A DNA stretch of 64,000 nucleotides from Nitrosopumilus sp. (GCA_965224195.1 OZ245040.1:1696001-1760000), one strand, 5' to 3'; shown: positions 11,028 to 22,513, counted from the stretch's first letter. Numbers and translations: made by a program. Notes: generated by a model from the sequence alone, not told the origin.

Positions 11028-11136
11028 TTTATTCCTCGCATGATGACTTCAATACAGTTATTCTTTTTTATTTTAAAAATTATTTTGTCAGAAATCCCAG
11101 GTTTTTCATTAATTGATTTTAACTTGGAGCGAATCA

Positions 11137-11415
11137 TTATTTTTTGATCTGTCTCTTTATTGCAATTTTGTATATTTCTTTTATATCTACTCCTGTTTCA
11201 GTATGCTTGTCTGATAATCTCTCTAATAATTCTCTTAATTTTTTATCTTGTTCATCATTTATCCTTTTTCTTACCTCATTTTGAGATTTTTTAAAATTTA
11301 GAACTGATTCTTTTATGTTAAAACGTTCTTTACAACTACTACATTGTATATCTTCTTTTTTGTTAGTAGTAAAAATATTTTCACAGTGTGGACAGGAAAC
11401 AGGTTCTTTACTCAT
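11137..11415 (-). CDS. Zinc-ribbon protein divergent from the transposase (possible regulator)
   Basis: CPHC...CSSC followed by a helical tail. Confidence 0.7.
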   Translation of the reverse strand: MSKEPVSCPHCENIFTTNKKEDIQCSSCKERFNIKESVLNFKKSQNEVRKRINDEQDKKLRELLERLSDKHTETGVDIKEIYKIAIKRQIKK

Positions 11416-11459
11416 GTTATATTATAACAGATAAATAGTATATATGTTATATTATAACA
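11414..11459. promoter_or_regulatory. Two identical palindromic operator-like sites between the divergent zinc-ribbon and transposase genes
   Basis: TGTTATA-T-TATAACA at 11415-11429 and 11445-11459. Confidence 0.6.
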
Positions 11460-11463
11460 AGAG

Positions 11464-12822
11464 TTGAGTATGATGGTGAAAGAAAGTAACAACAGAAAAC
11501 AAAAAGGAATTCAAATATTTTCAAAGACTAATTCAATAAAGAAAATCTCAAAGAACCATTTTATAGTAAAATCATCCACATCAGATAAAACATATCATGT
11601 AAGACGATTGCCTGACACCGAAATTTTTACTTGTGAATGTGCTGATTTTCATTACCGTTTAAGAAAACTAGATGATAAGAAATGCAAACATATCATTTCA
11701 TGTATGTTATTACAAGAAAGTATTCTATCACAAAGCTACATAGAGCAAACACAACAGTCTAAACTTTGTCCAAAATGTTATTCAACTACAATTATAAAAA
11801 ATGGTTTTAGAAAAATTAAGAACAATACCAAGAGACAGAAATACAAATGTAGAAAATGTACATACAGATTCATTTTAGGTGAGAATGGATTTTCTAATGT
11901 AACATCTGATCCTAAAATAATTTCAGAATCCTTGAATTTGGTAATGAATGGATTGTCATATCGCAATGTTGCAAGACACATCTATTCTACACATCAAGTA
12001 AAGATTAGCCATCCTACGATTGTGAATTGGGTAAAAAAATACACCAATCTGATTAAAGAATATGTTGAAACATTTAGTCCTAAATTATCTGATGTTTGGA
12101 GTTTGGATGAGATGGTTCTAAATGTTAAAAATACAAAGAAAACTGGAAAAGGATTTCATGATTGGCTATGGAGCATCATTGATCCTAAAACTAGATTTCT
12201 TATTGCTACAGAGGTTTCCAAGAAAAGAGAAATTGCAGATGCTAAAAAGATTATTTCAAGTGGCAAAAAACTAGTATCTAAAAATCCAAATTATATCTTG
12301 ACTGATTGTTTGAACTCTTACCAAGCTGCAATTAGAGAGGAATTTCAAAATAAAACTGCACATATCAAAACTAAATCACTCAAAGATGGGTTTGTGAACA
12401 GACCTATTGAGAGATATCACAATGAGATTAGAGAGAACTTAAAGGCAAGACGTGGATTGGGTAATGATAAATCTGCTCAGAATTTTGCTGAATTACATAA
12501 AATTCATCACAACTATGTCCGACCACATCAAGGATTAGATGGTAAGACACCAGCTCAAGCTGCAAATATTGATTTGAATCTAGGTGATGACAAGTATCTA
12601 GATCTGATTAAACATGCATCAAAAAAACCAAACTTTGTAAACAATCTAGGAAAGAGAATTGAAATGGTCACAATAATCAATGAAGGTGATTCAATCAAGG
12701 TTACCCCTACAGGATGGATTCAAAAGCACATATGGAGAGAGATTAATGATATTCTAAGATTACATGAGTTTAGCTGGTTGTCAAGTGGCAAAGATAGTTG
12801 CTGGATGAAATTAATTATTTAA
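11464..12822 (+). CDS. DDE transposase (SWIM Zn finger + Zn ribbon + HTH + IS6/rve-like DDE domain)
   Basis: CECAD..CKH, CPKC..CRKC, WSLDEM, LTDCLNSY, PIERYHNEIR, HNYVRPHQGLDGKTPA. Confidence 0.9.
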   Translation: MSMMVKESNNRKQKGIQIFSKTNSIKKISKNHFIVKSSTSDKTYHVRRLPDTEIFTCECADFHYRLRKLDDKKCKHIISCMLLQESILSQSYIEQTQQSKLCPKCYSTTIIKNGFRKIKNNTKRQKYKCRKCTYRFILGENGFSNVTSDPKIISESLNLVMNGLSYRNVARHIYSTHQVKISHPTIVNWVKKYTNLIKEYVETFSPKLSDVWSLDEMVLNVKNTKKTGKGFHDWLWSIIDPKTRFLIATEVSKKREIADAKKIISSGKKLVSKNPNYILTDCLNSYQAAIREEFQNKTAHIKTKSLKDGFVNRPIERYHNEIRENLKARRGLGNDKSAQNFAELHKIHHNYVRPHQGLDGKTPAQAANIDLNLGDDKYLDLIKHASKKPNFVNNLGKRIEMVTIINEGDSIKVTPTGWIQKHIWREINDILRLHEFSWLSSGKDSCWMKLII

Positions 12823-12843
12823 TTTTTTATTTCGATATATAGT

Positions 12844-12999
12844 ATGTTTAACATGGAAGTATCAGATCAAGAAATAGTCAAAAGGCTAAGAGAAACAATA
12901 GACTTTCTCAAAGTAGAATCCATTGGCGGTGTGTGGAATACGCCTCAACTAATTGAGATGCTGGAGGATTTATTCAAAGAAAATTCTAAAACTTCATAA
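12844..12999 (+). CDS. Conserved 51-aa transposon accessory protein (absent from ORF track)
   Basis: MFNMEVSDQEIVKRLRETIDFLKVESIGGVWNTPQLIEMLEDLFKENSKTS; homolog at 51710-51877. Confidence 0.75.
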   Translation: MFNMEVSDQEIVKRLRETIDFLKVESIGGVWNTPQLIEMLEDLFKENSKTS

Positions 13000-13063
13000 T
13001 TTTTCAGATTATTTAATGCTAACAATAATTGCTAGTTGAAATTACCTTCCCAATTAATTCATG

Positions 13064-13279
13064 TTATATTCTCTTTACAATCTGAATCATCTGTAACTGT
13101 CTTCTGTTTTTCGTGTTACGCGGCTTTGTTCTTAGTGTAAAATTACAACATGGACAGTGTTTACATTCCCAATACATAAAAATCTCACAGATTGAGCAGT
13201 GTTTTTGTCCCTGTATGTATCGGTTAATTCCGTGAACTCTTTTTGCTCTATGATTTTCACATGTTCCTTTGCATACCAT
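13064..13279 (-). CDS. Small Cys-rich zinc-finger protein of thaumarchaeal type
   Basis: CKGTC...RY..GQKHCSICEIF....CPCC..LRTKPR. Confidence 0.75.
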   Translation of the reverse strand: MVCKGTCENHRAKRVHGINRYIQGQKHCSICEIFMYWECKHCPCCNFTLRTKPRNTKNRRQLQMIQIVKRI

Positions 13280-13346
13280 GATGAAATTATGGCAATAAAT
13301 ACAATTTATGAATCTTAGAGAATTATTTTATCTTATCCATAATCAA

Positions 13347-13418
13347 ATCACCCTAACTGACCACTTTATCACCCGAATTGACCACTAGTTGAAAATCCGC
13401 CTAGTTTTGACCAGTGTA
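13347..13418 (-). repeat. Right TIR of element A
   Basis: Exact reverse complement of 5403-5474. Confidence 0.95.
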
Positions 13419-13687
13419 TTATGATATGTTACCACATCAAGAACAAAAAGCTTTGATGGCCATGAGACCTGGAAAAGCCCATACGTATATTGGCTACATC
13501 AACCAATGCATCTGTCTTGGCAAAAAATATAACATTAATGATCTTGCAAATACCAGTACCGCCAAGGTTTGTAAAAGATTATCAGATATACAGCGTCGTG
13601 TTTTTAGAGTATGACAATTAATTGTGTCAACTATGGCGTTGCAAGCGCCAATATTTGATACAATTTTATGAAAGGAGTAATAGTTTC

Positions 13688-13921
13688 TTACTGTTTAAAG
13701 AGATCATCAATTTTATTTATTACAGACTCTAGATCTTCCTGTCTAGAATCATTAGGCCATTTTTTTGTGTTGTTTCGATATGAGGAACGTACCTTTATTT
13801 TACCTTCATCCAGGTATAGAACAAACTCTAATTTTGTAATTATTTCAAGTTCTCTGTTACCATCTTTATAAACATCTCCCACATTACAGTCTAAGATAGT
13901 GTCTTTGGTTATTATTGTCAA
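13688..13921 (-). CDS. Hypothetical protein
   Basis: 77-aa ORF with typical composition. Confidence 0.5.
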   Translation of the reverse strand: MTIITKDTILDCNVGDVYKDGNRELEIITKLEFVLYLDEGKIKVRSSYRNNTKKWPNDSRQEDLESVINKIDDLFKQ

Positions 13922-13966
13922 TAAGTAAAATAATCTCCGTATTTATTTAAACATTAGAAAAAAAGA

Positions 13967-14468
13967 TTAGGTTAGTAATCTAACCGTAATCAGCATATTG
14001 AGTTTGGTTCCATCATCAATTGGGTGATTGAATTTTTTGAAATCGGAGTGTGTTTGAGGAACTTTAAAGTAATAGGTTTTGACAAAACTTTCCTTATCAT
14101 TACCTAACATTCTGTTGGTGTTAGGATCTAAGACAACCATATTGACATCCCAATTAGATTTAGTTGAGATATCTTTTGTCTTGGTTTGGATAACTGGTTT
14201 TATCCAATCTTTGTCACCATCTACAATTATTCCTATCACATCATCTGTTCCTTCAGAGATTGGTTGCCAGTGATTATTCATAGTTACACATGTACCCCAA
14301 CCGTTAACACAGTTGTGAGAGTTATCCTATTTGGAACCATAACTCTTTGATGTCATCATCATCACATCCCCACCAACAAGATGCAAATGCTTCTTGTGTT
14401 AATGGAGTTGTGACAAATGCAACAGCTGCAACCAATAGTAAAGGTATTGTTAGTTGTTTTGAAATCAT
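13967..14468 (-). pseudogene. Secreted protein, frameshifted with an in-frame stop
   Basis: Signal peptide MISKQLTIPLLLVAAVAFV from 14468; frameshift and TAG at ~14330-14350; continues DNSHNCVNGWGTCVTMNNHW. Confidence 0.6.
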
Positions 14469-14505
14469 TACAAGTGTAATTGATTATTCATGTATATCAT
14501 CGACT

Positions 14506-14611
14506 CACTTGTCCAGTAAGTATTGAGATAATACTGATTGGGCAAGTAAGTATTAGGTTAGTCAGTTTTAGAATACTTATTGGGCAAGTAAGTATTAGGT
14601 TAGTCAGTTTT
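14506..14611. promoter_or_regulatory. Tandem palindromic operator-like sites (AATACTTA-N9-TAAGTATT), two near-full copies plus a partial one
   Basis: 40-bp unit at 14530 and 14572 with one mismatch; partial copy at 14506-14524. Confidence 0.55.
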
Positions 14612-14649
14612 TATGATCATTGAAATTTGAGAGACATAAACAATTTACA

Positions 14650-14859
14650 ATGTTGTATAAAATTGATGTAGGGATAATGACTAGAATTGCACAACACTTA
14701 CAACAGAAAGGAAAGACAAAGAGGACAAAACTTGCAATGATATGTAACATGAACTATACAGCATTAATTGAATATTTGGTGTGAATGAAGAAATTCAATC
14801 TTGTAACTATAGGCAGACACGTGCAGTTAACAGATGCAGGCAGAGAAGTGTTAACTTAA
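14650..14859 (+). pseudogene. Winged-helix transcriptional regulator with in-frame TGA
   Basis: KRTKLAMICNMNYTALIEYLV*MKKFNLV...VQLTDAGRE; TGA at 14782-14784. Confidence 0.7.
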
Positions 14860-14960
14860 TGTGTCAACTATGGCGTTGCAAGCGCCAATATGCCTGGAGC
14901 CTTGGGGCCCGGCACATACAACTGCATGTTAGCTGACATGGTACAGTACGCATCCATAGT

Positions 14961-15408
14961 TTAAAGATTTTTTGTAAAAGACAAAGCTAATTGAGCAAAG
15001 CCCAACTTTTTGTAAAACTGGTATGACTCTCGTCTGTTATTTGCAGACTCTAGTCTTATCCTGTGGCATTTCTTCTTTTTGGCAAGTGCAACACAATAGC
15101 TTGCAAGTTTTTTACCAATACCGCAACTATGATATTTCTCAAACACCACTAGTTCTGGGATGTACATCTCCAAAGCTGTATGGTTTAGTCTTGGTAAAAA
15201 CATTGCACTGGCCATTCCTGCAATTTTAATATCACCAATTTCTGCAACAGATATTTTTTTATCAAAAGATGTCAGGTATTTTTTTTATCTTGCTTCTAAA
15301 CATCTCAACATCATAGTCTTTTTGTATTCCTGGTCTTCCCAATTCGTACAGCAACTCCAAGAGTACAGGGTAATCCTTGCTAGTTGCATCTCTAATTGTT
15401 ATCTCCAA
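14961..15408 (-). pseudogene. GNAT acetyltransferase, frameshifted
   Basis: ITIRDAT at the 5' end; ELVV....GIGKKL and FYKKLGF in the 3' part. Confidence 0.75.
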
Positions 15409-15503
15409 TCTATAAAGATCCAGTGATAACTCCTAGTTAACAATATGGATACAAAGACAGTATTTAATAATCATAAAGTAATACTGTAATCATACCAAAT
15501 GCA

Positions 15504-15600
15504 ATGCAGTCAAAGTTTGATAGTAAATGTAAGCACTGTAAGATATCCATCAAAAATGGCGATACCATCTGCAAGGCAAATGAGCACCTGGTGTAAAAAC
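15504..15600 (+). pseudogene. Decayed paralog of the 720-1073 zinc-binding protein
   Basis: MQSKFDSKCKHCKISIKNGDTICKANEH, then a frameshift. Confidence 0.45.
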
Positions 15601-16924
15601 CAAAAGATATCCAATGCCTCCAAAAATAAAGCTAGGACGAGATATCCTAAGGCATTTTACAAAAAGTGTATGGATTATGCCATACACAGAAACTAGATTT
15701 TTAGAAACTTTTTTCTAATTGATCATTAATGACTTGGAAAAAACTGACAGCGCGATTCTCATTTAGAATTCTTTTAGCCTGAATTTTGTGTATTTTGGAG
15801 TAATTTTTCTCATCAATCATAATGGTTATGCGCTTTGATGCCATAATAATAATTTAGTATAGTTGTATTTTAATATTTTAAAATTATTTTATATCTATGC
15901 TTCCACCTGAGTTTATCAAAAGTATTGAGCATACAATATTATTAAACATAGAATAATTAACACACCAAAACAGAATATATCAGAGAACCTCAAAGACACC
16001 ACAAAAAGTAGCAAACATACGTGATTTTCATTTTGGCCAATATATGGGCGGTCTTAAAAAATCACTGATAATTTCATTTGAGAATGCATATGGTAGAAAA
16101 ATGACACCAAAACAATGGGATGAGTTTGATAGCATCTTTATCGATTATCAAGACACCATAGGAAAATATTTTTACGAATAATAATTTTGATTTACTTAAA
16201 AAAATTTATTCTTTGTTATAAGGAAAAATGATCAGTTTAATTAACCCCTAAAATACCATAACAAGTCATGAAACAAGTAGTTGGGAAATTAAGGATAGTC
16301 TTCAGTAAAGAGCAACTAGCCGAGCAAAAACAATTCACAGAGGATTTAAAAAATGGGACTGCAAAGATCGCATTTGAAGGGACTTTCAAAGAAGGAATGG
16401 ACTTTTTAGAGGAGACTGGACGACTTGTGGACACTTGTATTCACACATAAATTTTTAATTTCCTATTGGAAACTAGATTCATTTTTGAAGGATTGGATTA
16501 AAGAAGATATTTTAGATATACAAAAAAATGCAGATATTATTGAAATTAGTGAAAATATTGAGATCATAGATGAATATGATGGGACAACTGTAGTTCCAGA
16601 ACACATGGTAAATTACATAATAGAACATGATGTTGAAAAAGTATACATTATTTCAATTAATGAAACAGGGATTAAGCAAAAATTAAATAATTATCGATAG
16701 TGATCAGTAACGTTGCTCAAAAATATAATAATTCCTTTAACTTTATCTAGCTATTTTTATTCATGGATTTTGATCCAGAAAACCCTGAACGATATTTTTT
16801 TTGGCTGATAGATCACTCAATAAACGAATCATTCAAAAAAACATATGGGAAGGATTGGAAACGTTATAAGTTATGATTTTAAAATTGTTTGGTTAATGTT
16901 ATAAATTTACTTGAATTAAAAAAA

Positions 16925-17427
16925 TTAGGACATGGGTTTCAAGCCCAAGTCTTGTTCTATTTGATTCCAAGGTGTGACGTATGAGTCAGTTGTAGTGGTA
17001 GGATCATGACCTGTTATGATTCCAAGAATTTTTGCGTTGTTATTACTATCTAACACATATACAGGAAGCACCACTATCACTGTTTGCACTTTGTGCACCG
17101 CGTATCCTTACAACATGTAGAATGTTATCAAACTCATCAAATATACGTTCATTCAAAGATACAACCGTAGCAGTACGTTCACTGTTACTGTTTATGCCCT
17201 TCCATTTGACTGGCATATTTACAGTAGGATTCATAGAACCTACAACATCATATGCCTTACCACCAACAAGATGTATCTTCATCGGCTCAACTGTAGCTAT
17301 CTGTAATGGTTCATTTTCAGAACAAAGCGATAGTTTTGCATCATGTTCGGGGCATCCTATAGGGTATTCAACAAATGCAGCATCTACATGAGAGTTTGTG
17401 TTTGGATGATTTTGTGTAACCGTACCC
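16925..17427 (-). pseudogene. C-terminal half of an S1 (trypsin-like) serine protease, 5'-truncated and frameshifted
   Basis: HVDAAFV...SDSGA, frameshift, then PVYVLD...ILGIITG...TPWNQIEQDLGL. Confidence 0.6.
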
Positions 17428-17509
17428 TGCGGCAGGGGCTTTGTTTTTTTACATCCTCACAAGTTCAAAAAACTTGCAATGTGCCTCTGCTGCAAATCAA
17501 ACTTTAGAA

Positions 17510-20500
17510 CTATTTTTTCTTTATTATTTCAAAATAATAAACAATAGCAGCAAACACAGCGACAAAAAATATTATTGAAATTATTAGCAGATCACCAATA
17601 GATACTTTGAGCTCAACAGGCTCTGGCGTTGGTTCAGGTGTGTATACAGGTTCAGGCGTTGGTTCAGGTGTGTATACAGGTTCAGGCGTTGGTTCAGGTG
17701 TGTATACAGATTCAGGTGTTGGTTCAGGTGTGTATACAGGTTCAGGCGTTGGTTCAGGTGTGTATACAGGTTCAGGCGTTGGTTCAGGTGTGTATACAGA
17801 TTCAGGTGTTGGTTCAGGTGTGTATACAGGTTCAGGTGTTGGTTCAGGTGTTGGTTCAGGTGTTGGTTCAGGTGTTGGTTCAGGTGTTGGTTCAGGTGTG
17901 TATACAGGTTCAGGTGTTGGTTCAGGTGTTGGTTCAGGTGTGTATACAGGTTCTGGTGTTGGCTCTGGTATTGGTTCCGGTGTTGGCTCTGGTGCTCTGA
18001 CAGATGATGGCCTGTTGTCCCTGCCGACAATGTCTTTTAACAGTTCATCCAAATTCATATTATCATAATGTACTATGCCAGGCAGTTCCTTCAGTATGAT
18101 GTGGCCATCACAGTATGCCGCAGCAGATTCTACCTGTGCCTGTTTTTGTGATTTGTCGTAACTTTTTATCGACATTACATTTTCAGAAAGCATCTCTAAA
18201 CCCTCAAAGCTAAACGCATATAGAGAGATGGGTACGTGCACGGACTTGAGAAGATCCTTCATGCTGGCCTGGGATGTCACATCAATGCCAACATTGGATG
18301 GATGCCCGTCCAAGACAATGGAGGCGCCAAGGTTGTCCCCATATGTACCTGCAACTAGTACCACATCATTTTCCAGTCCGCACTGGTTGTACAGCAGCAG
18401 CATTGGACTCATTGTAAAACCTACAGAGCCGCTGCTGCCACCACGGTCAGCAGGCTGTGGTGTAGTAGGCTGTGGTGCGATGGGTTTTGGTGCGATAGGT
18501 TTTGGTGCGATAGGTTTTGGTGGCAAGACATCCTCTGGTATTTCTTTAGGAGTGCTGTCAATTACTGCGGTATCTAGTTCAACACTGACTGTATCTTCAA
18601 TGACAATAGGATCCCTTACGACAAGTACTAGGCTGTCATCCTTCTTCACCACATCTGCACCATCTGATGTTGGAATGTCATCAGCTAGTGACTTGGTGTG
18701 CTGCACTGCCGTGCCATCAGGTGTCAAGCTGGTATTCTTTGTTACATCCACGCCGTCTGATGTTGGAATATTGTCAGCCAGTGATTTGACATATTGTTTG
18801 GTTACAGAGATACCATCTGATGTTGGGATAGTATCAGATGGAGATATTGCATACAGTTTCACTACATCAACTGCGTCCTTTGATGGAACTGCATCAGCTG
18901 GAGATATGGCATACAGTTTCACTACATCCGCATTGTCCCTTGTTGGGATAGTATCAGATATGGATCTAGAGTACCGCTTTACCACATCCGCATCATCTGA
19001 TGTTTTGATAATATCAGCTAGAGATTTTACATATTGCTTGGTTACATCCACATCATCAGATGTTGGAATTGTATCAGATATGGATCTAGAGTACCGCTTT
19101 ACCACATCTGCATCATCTGATGTTGGAGCCTCATCAGATGGAGATATGGCATATAGTTTCACTACATCTGCACCATCTGATGTTGGAATATTGTCAGCTA
19201 GTGATTTGACATATTGCTTGGTTACAGAGATACCATCAGATGTTGGAGCTTCATCAGATGGAGATATGGCATATAGTTTCACTACATCTGCACCATCTGA
19301 TGTTGGAATATTGTCAGCTAGTGATTTGACATATTGTTTGGTTACAGAGATACCATCAGATGTTGGAATATTGTCAGCTAGTGATTTGACATATTGTTTG
19401 GTTACAGAGATATCATCGGATGTTGGGATGGTGTCAGATGGAGATATGGCATATAGTTTCACTACATCAACTGCGTCCTTTGATGGAACTGCATCAGATG
19501 GAGATATGGCATATAGTTTCACTACATCCGCATTGTCCCTTGTTGGGATAGTATCAGATATGGATCTAGAGTACCGCTTTACCACATCTGCACCATCTGA
19601 TGTTTTGATGTCATCAGATATGGATTTGACATATTGCTTGGTTACATCCACATCATCAGATGTTGAAATTGTATCAGATATAGATCTAGAGTACCGCTTT
19701 ACCACATCTGCATCATCTGATGTTGGAGCTTCATCAGATGTAGATATGGCATATAGTTTCACTACATCTGCATCATCTGATGTTGGGATGGTGTCAGCTG
19801 CTAAGCTGGCATACAGTTTCGCCACAACCACACCATCAGATGTTAGGATAGTGTCAGATGTAGATATTGCATATAGTTTCGCCACATCCGCATTGTCCCT
19901 TGTTGGGATAGTATCAGATATGGATTTGACATATTGTTTGGTTACAGAGATACCATCAGATGTTGGAGCTTCATCAGATGGAGATATGGCATATAGTTTC
20001 ACTACATCTGCACCATCTGATGTTGGAATATTGTCAGCCAGTGATTTGACATATTGTTTGGTTACAGAGATACCATCAGATGTTGGAGCTTCATCAGATG
20101 GAGATATGGCATACAGTTTCGCCACATCTGCATTGTCCCTTGTTGGGATAGTATCAGATGGAGATATTGCATACAGTTTCGCCACATCTGCATTGTCCCT
20201 TGTTGGGATAGTATCAGATGGAGATATTGCATGCAGTTTCGCCACATCTGCATTGTCCCTTGTTAGAACATCATCAAATGTAGATCTAGAGTACCGCTTT
20301 ACCACATCTGCATCATCTGATGTTGGGATGTTATCAGATGGAGATATTGCATACAGTTTCACTACATCTGCATTGTCCCTTGTTAGAACATCATCAAATG
20401 TAGATCTAAAGTACCACTTTACCACATCTGCATCATCTGATGTTGGGATAGTATCAGATGGAGATATTGCATACAGTTTCACTACATCCGCACCATCTGA

Positions 20501-22477
20501 TGTTGGGATAATATCAGCTAGAGACTTTGCATGCAGTTTCACTACGTCTGCACCATCTGATGTTTTGATAATATCAGCTAGAGACTTTGCATATTGTTTC
20601 ACTACGTCTGCACCATCTGATGTTGGGATGGTCTCATCAGCCAGGATAAATTGTCTCTTCACCACGATCATTATGCTAAAAAGACCATTGAACTGGCCGT
20701 CACCAGAACCTCTGCTGCCAAACTGAAACTTGTAGTTGTATGCAGAGTCAAAGACCTGGATGCGGTGGTTGCCGTTGTCTGCAACAAGTATGTCGCCGTC
20801 TGACTTTATTGCCATGCCCGTAGGACCATTGAACTGGCCGTCACCAGAACCTCTGCTGCCAAACTGGTCCTTGTATGTACCGTTGGGATCAAAGACCTGG
20901 ATGCGATCGTTTAAGGCATCTACGACAAGTATGTCGCCATTTGGTGCGATTGATATGTTACTTGGACCATTGAACTGGCCGTTGCCAGAACCTTTGCTGC
21001 CAAACTGTGATTTGTAGTTGTATGCAGAGTCAAATACCTGGATGCGGTGGTTCTTTCTGTCTGCAACAAGTATGTCGCCATTTGGTGCGATTGATATGTT
21101 AATAAGGCGATGGAGTTGGCCTGCAGAGCCGGAACTGCCAAACTGGGACTTGTAGTTGTATGCAGAGTCAAATACCTGGATGCGGTAGTTGTCGTTGTCT
21201 GCAACAAGTATGTCGCCATTTGGCGCTATTGCCATGCCACGAGGGTTGTCAAACTGGCCGTTGTCAGAACCGAAACTGCCAAACTGGAACTTGTATGTAC
21301 CATTAGAATGAAAGACCTGGATGCGGTGGTTGTCGTGATCTGCAACAAGTATGTCGCCATTTGGTGCGATTGCCATGCCCGTAGGACGGTTGAACTTGCC
21401 ATCGCCAGAACCCTTGCTGCCAAACTGGTCCTTGTATGTACCGCTGGGATCAAATATCTGGATGCGGTGGTTGTTGATGTCTGTAACAAATATGTCGCCA
21501 TCATATGTGATTGGCTTGAGATAGCCAGACTTGAAGACATGGATGCGGTGGTTGTCGTTGTCTGCAACAAGTATGTCGCCATTTGGCGCTATTGCCATTC
21601 CCATAGGGCGAAAATATTTGTCGTCAACAGTATTGGTAAACTGGGACTTGTAGTTGTATGCAGAGTCAAACACCTGGATGCGGTGGTTGTTTTTGTCTGC
21701 AACAAGTATGTCGCCATCAGGGTTGACTATTATGTTGTTGGGGTTACGGAGTTGGCCGTCACCAGAGCCGGAACTGCCAAACTGGGACTTGTAGTTGTAT
21801 GCAGAGTCAAAGACCTGGATGCGGTGGTTGTCGTGATCTGCAACAAGTATGTCGCCGTCAGACTTTATTGCCATGCCCGTAGGGCCATTGAACTGGCCGT
21901 TGCCAGAACCCTTGCTGCCAAACTGGGACTTGTAGTTGTATGCAGAGTCAAAGACCTGGATGCGGTGGTTGTCGTGATCTGCAACAAGTATGTCGCCACT
22001 TGGTGCAACTGCCATGCCACGAGGGTTGTCAAACTGGCCGTTGCCAGAACCTCTGCTGCCAAACTGGGACTTGTAGTTGTATGCAGAGTCAAAGACCTGG
22101 ATGCGGTGGTTGCCGCTGTCTGCAACAAGTATGTCGCCGTCAGACTTTATTGCCATGCCCGTAGGGCCATTGAACTGGCCGTTGCCAGAACCCTTGCTGC
22201 CAAACTGGGACTTGTAGTTGTATGCAGAGTCAAAGACCTGGATGCGGTGGTTGTTTCTGTCTACAACAAGTATGTCGCCACTTGGCGCTATTGCCATGTC
22301 ACGAGGGCTAGCCAACATGCCGGCAGCAGAACCGGAGCTGTCAAAAAATGACTTGTATGTATGCGGTTCAGGGGCAGTAGAGGACTGGGCCTGGGCAGCA
22401 GGGATAACAGCAGCAGTAGTAATGATGATTGAAAATAAGACTGCCATGCCAAAAAATACAAGTAGTTGCAATTTCAC
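17510..22477 (-). CDS. Large membrane-anchored surface protein: signal peptide, two NHL beta-propellers, ~31 x 20-aa repeats, PEPT stalk, C-terminal TM
   Basis: NHL units [23 protein letters not shown]; 60-bp DNA periodicity at ~18760-20640; PEPVYT repeats; TM followed by KKK. Confidence 0.9.
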   Translation of the reverse strand: MKLQLLVFFGMAVLFSIIITTAAVIPAAQAQSSTAPEPHTYKSFFDSSGSAAGMLASPRDMAIAPSGDILVVDRNNHRIQVFDSAYNYKSQFGSKGSGNGQFNGPTGMAIKSDGDILVADSGNHRIQVFDSAYNYKSQFGSRGSGNGQFDNPRGMAVAPSGDILVADHDNHRIQVFDSAYNYKSQFGSKGSGNGQFNGPTGMAIKSDGDILVADHDNHRIQVFDSAYNYKSQFGSSGSGDGQLRNPNNIIVNPDGDILVADKNNHRIQVFDSAYNYKSQFTNTVDDKYFRPMGMAIAPNGDILVADNDNHRIHVFKSGYLKPITYDGDIFVTDINNHRIQIFDPSGTYKDQFGSKGSGDGKFNRPTGMAIAPNGDILVADHDNHRIQVFHSNGTYKFQFGSFGSDNGQFDNPRGMAIAPNGDILVADNDNYRIQVFDSAYNYKSQFGSSGSAGQLHRLINISIAPNGDILVADRKNHRIQVFDSAYNYKSQFGSKGSGNGQFNGPSNISIAPNGDILVVDALNDRIQVFDPNGTYKDQFGSRGSGDGQFNGPTGMAIKSDGDILVADNGNHRIQVFDSAYNYKFQFGSRGSGDGQFNGLFSIMIVVKRQFILADETIPTSDGADVVKQYAKSLADIIKTSDGADVVKLHAKSLADIIPTSDGADVVKLYAISPSDTIPTSDDADVVKWYFRSTFDDVLTRDNADVVKLYAISPSDNIPTSDDADVVKRYSRSTFDDVLTRDNADVAKLHAISPSDTIPTRDNADVAKLYAISPSDTIPTRDNADVAKLYAISPSDEAPTSDGISVTKQYVKSLADNIPTSDGADVVKLYAISPSDEAPTSDGISVTKQYVKSISDTIPTRDNADVAKLYAISTSDTILTSDGVVVAKLYASLAADTIPTSDDADVVKLYAISTSDEAPTSDDADVVKRYSRSISDTISTSDDVDVTKQYVKSISDDIKTSDGADVVKRYSRSISDTIPTRDNADVVKLYAISPSDAVPSKDAVDVVKLYAISPSDTIPTSDDISVTKQYVKSLADNIPTSDGISVTKQYVKSLADNIPTSDGADVVKLYAISPSDEAPTSDGISVTKQYVKSLADNIPTSDGADVVKLYAISPSDEAPTSDDADVVKRYSRSISDTIPTSDDVDVTKQYVKSLADIIKTSDDADVVKRYSRSISDTIPTRDNADVVKLYAISPADAVPSKDAVDVVKLYAISPSDTIPTSDGISVTKQYVKSLADNIPTSDGVDVTKNTSLTPDGTAVQHTKSLADDIPTSDGADVVKKDDSLVLVVRDPIVIEDTVSVELDTAVIDSTPKEIPEDVLPPKPIAPKPIAPKPIAPQPTTPQPADRGGSSGSVGFTMSPMLLLYNQCGLENDVVLVAGTYGDNLGASIVLDGHPSNVGIDVTSQASMKDLLKSVHVPISLYAFSFEGLEMLSENVMSIKSYDKSQKQAQVESAAAYCDGHIILKELPGIVHYDNMNLDELLKDIVGRDNRPSSVRAPEPTPEPIPEPTPEPVYTPEPTPEPTPEPVYTPEPTPEPTPEPTPEPTPEPTPEPVYTPEPTPESVYTPEPTPEPVYTPEPTPEPVYTPEPTPESVYTPEPTPEPVYTPEPTPEPVYTPEPTPEPVELKVSIGDLLIISIIFFVAVFAAIVYYFEIIKKK

Positions 22478-22513
22478 ATCCTATCTGACATGCTATGTCC
22501 TGCCTCTCTTCCA

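Larger units (their letters stand above)
5403..13418. mobile_element. 8.0-kb cargo transposon (element A) with perfect 72-bp TIRs and an IS6-like DDE transposase
   Basis: 5403-5474 is the exact reverse complement of 13347-13418; encloses transposase and defence-like genes. Confidence 0.9.
13618..14891. repeat. Direct repeat (32 bp exact; 36/37 bp allowing one indel) flanking a 1.2-kb segment
   Basis: TGTGTCAACTATGGCGTTGCAAGCGCCAATAT at 13623-13654 and 14860-14891. Confidence 0.9.

Noticed and set aside
5401-13420. Tn7-like or casposon identity for element A
   Set aside because: The right end lacks the terminal ACA, and there is no TnsC/TniQ, PolB or Cas1 gene.
17620-17995. 12/18-bp tandem repeats as a non-coding array
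   Set aside because: They encode the [10 protein letters not shown] stalk of the surface protein.
18228-22351. Long plus-strand ORFs (832 aa, 413 aa) and similar antisense ORFs over the FG-GAP gene
   Set aside because: Shadow frames of repetitive minus-strand genes, with no independent motifs.
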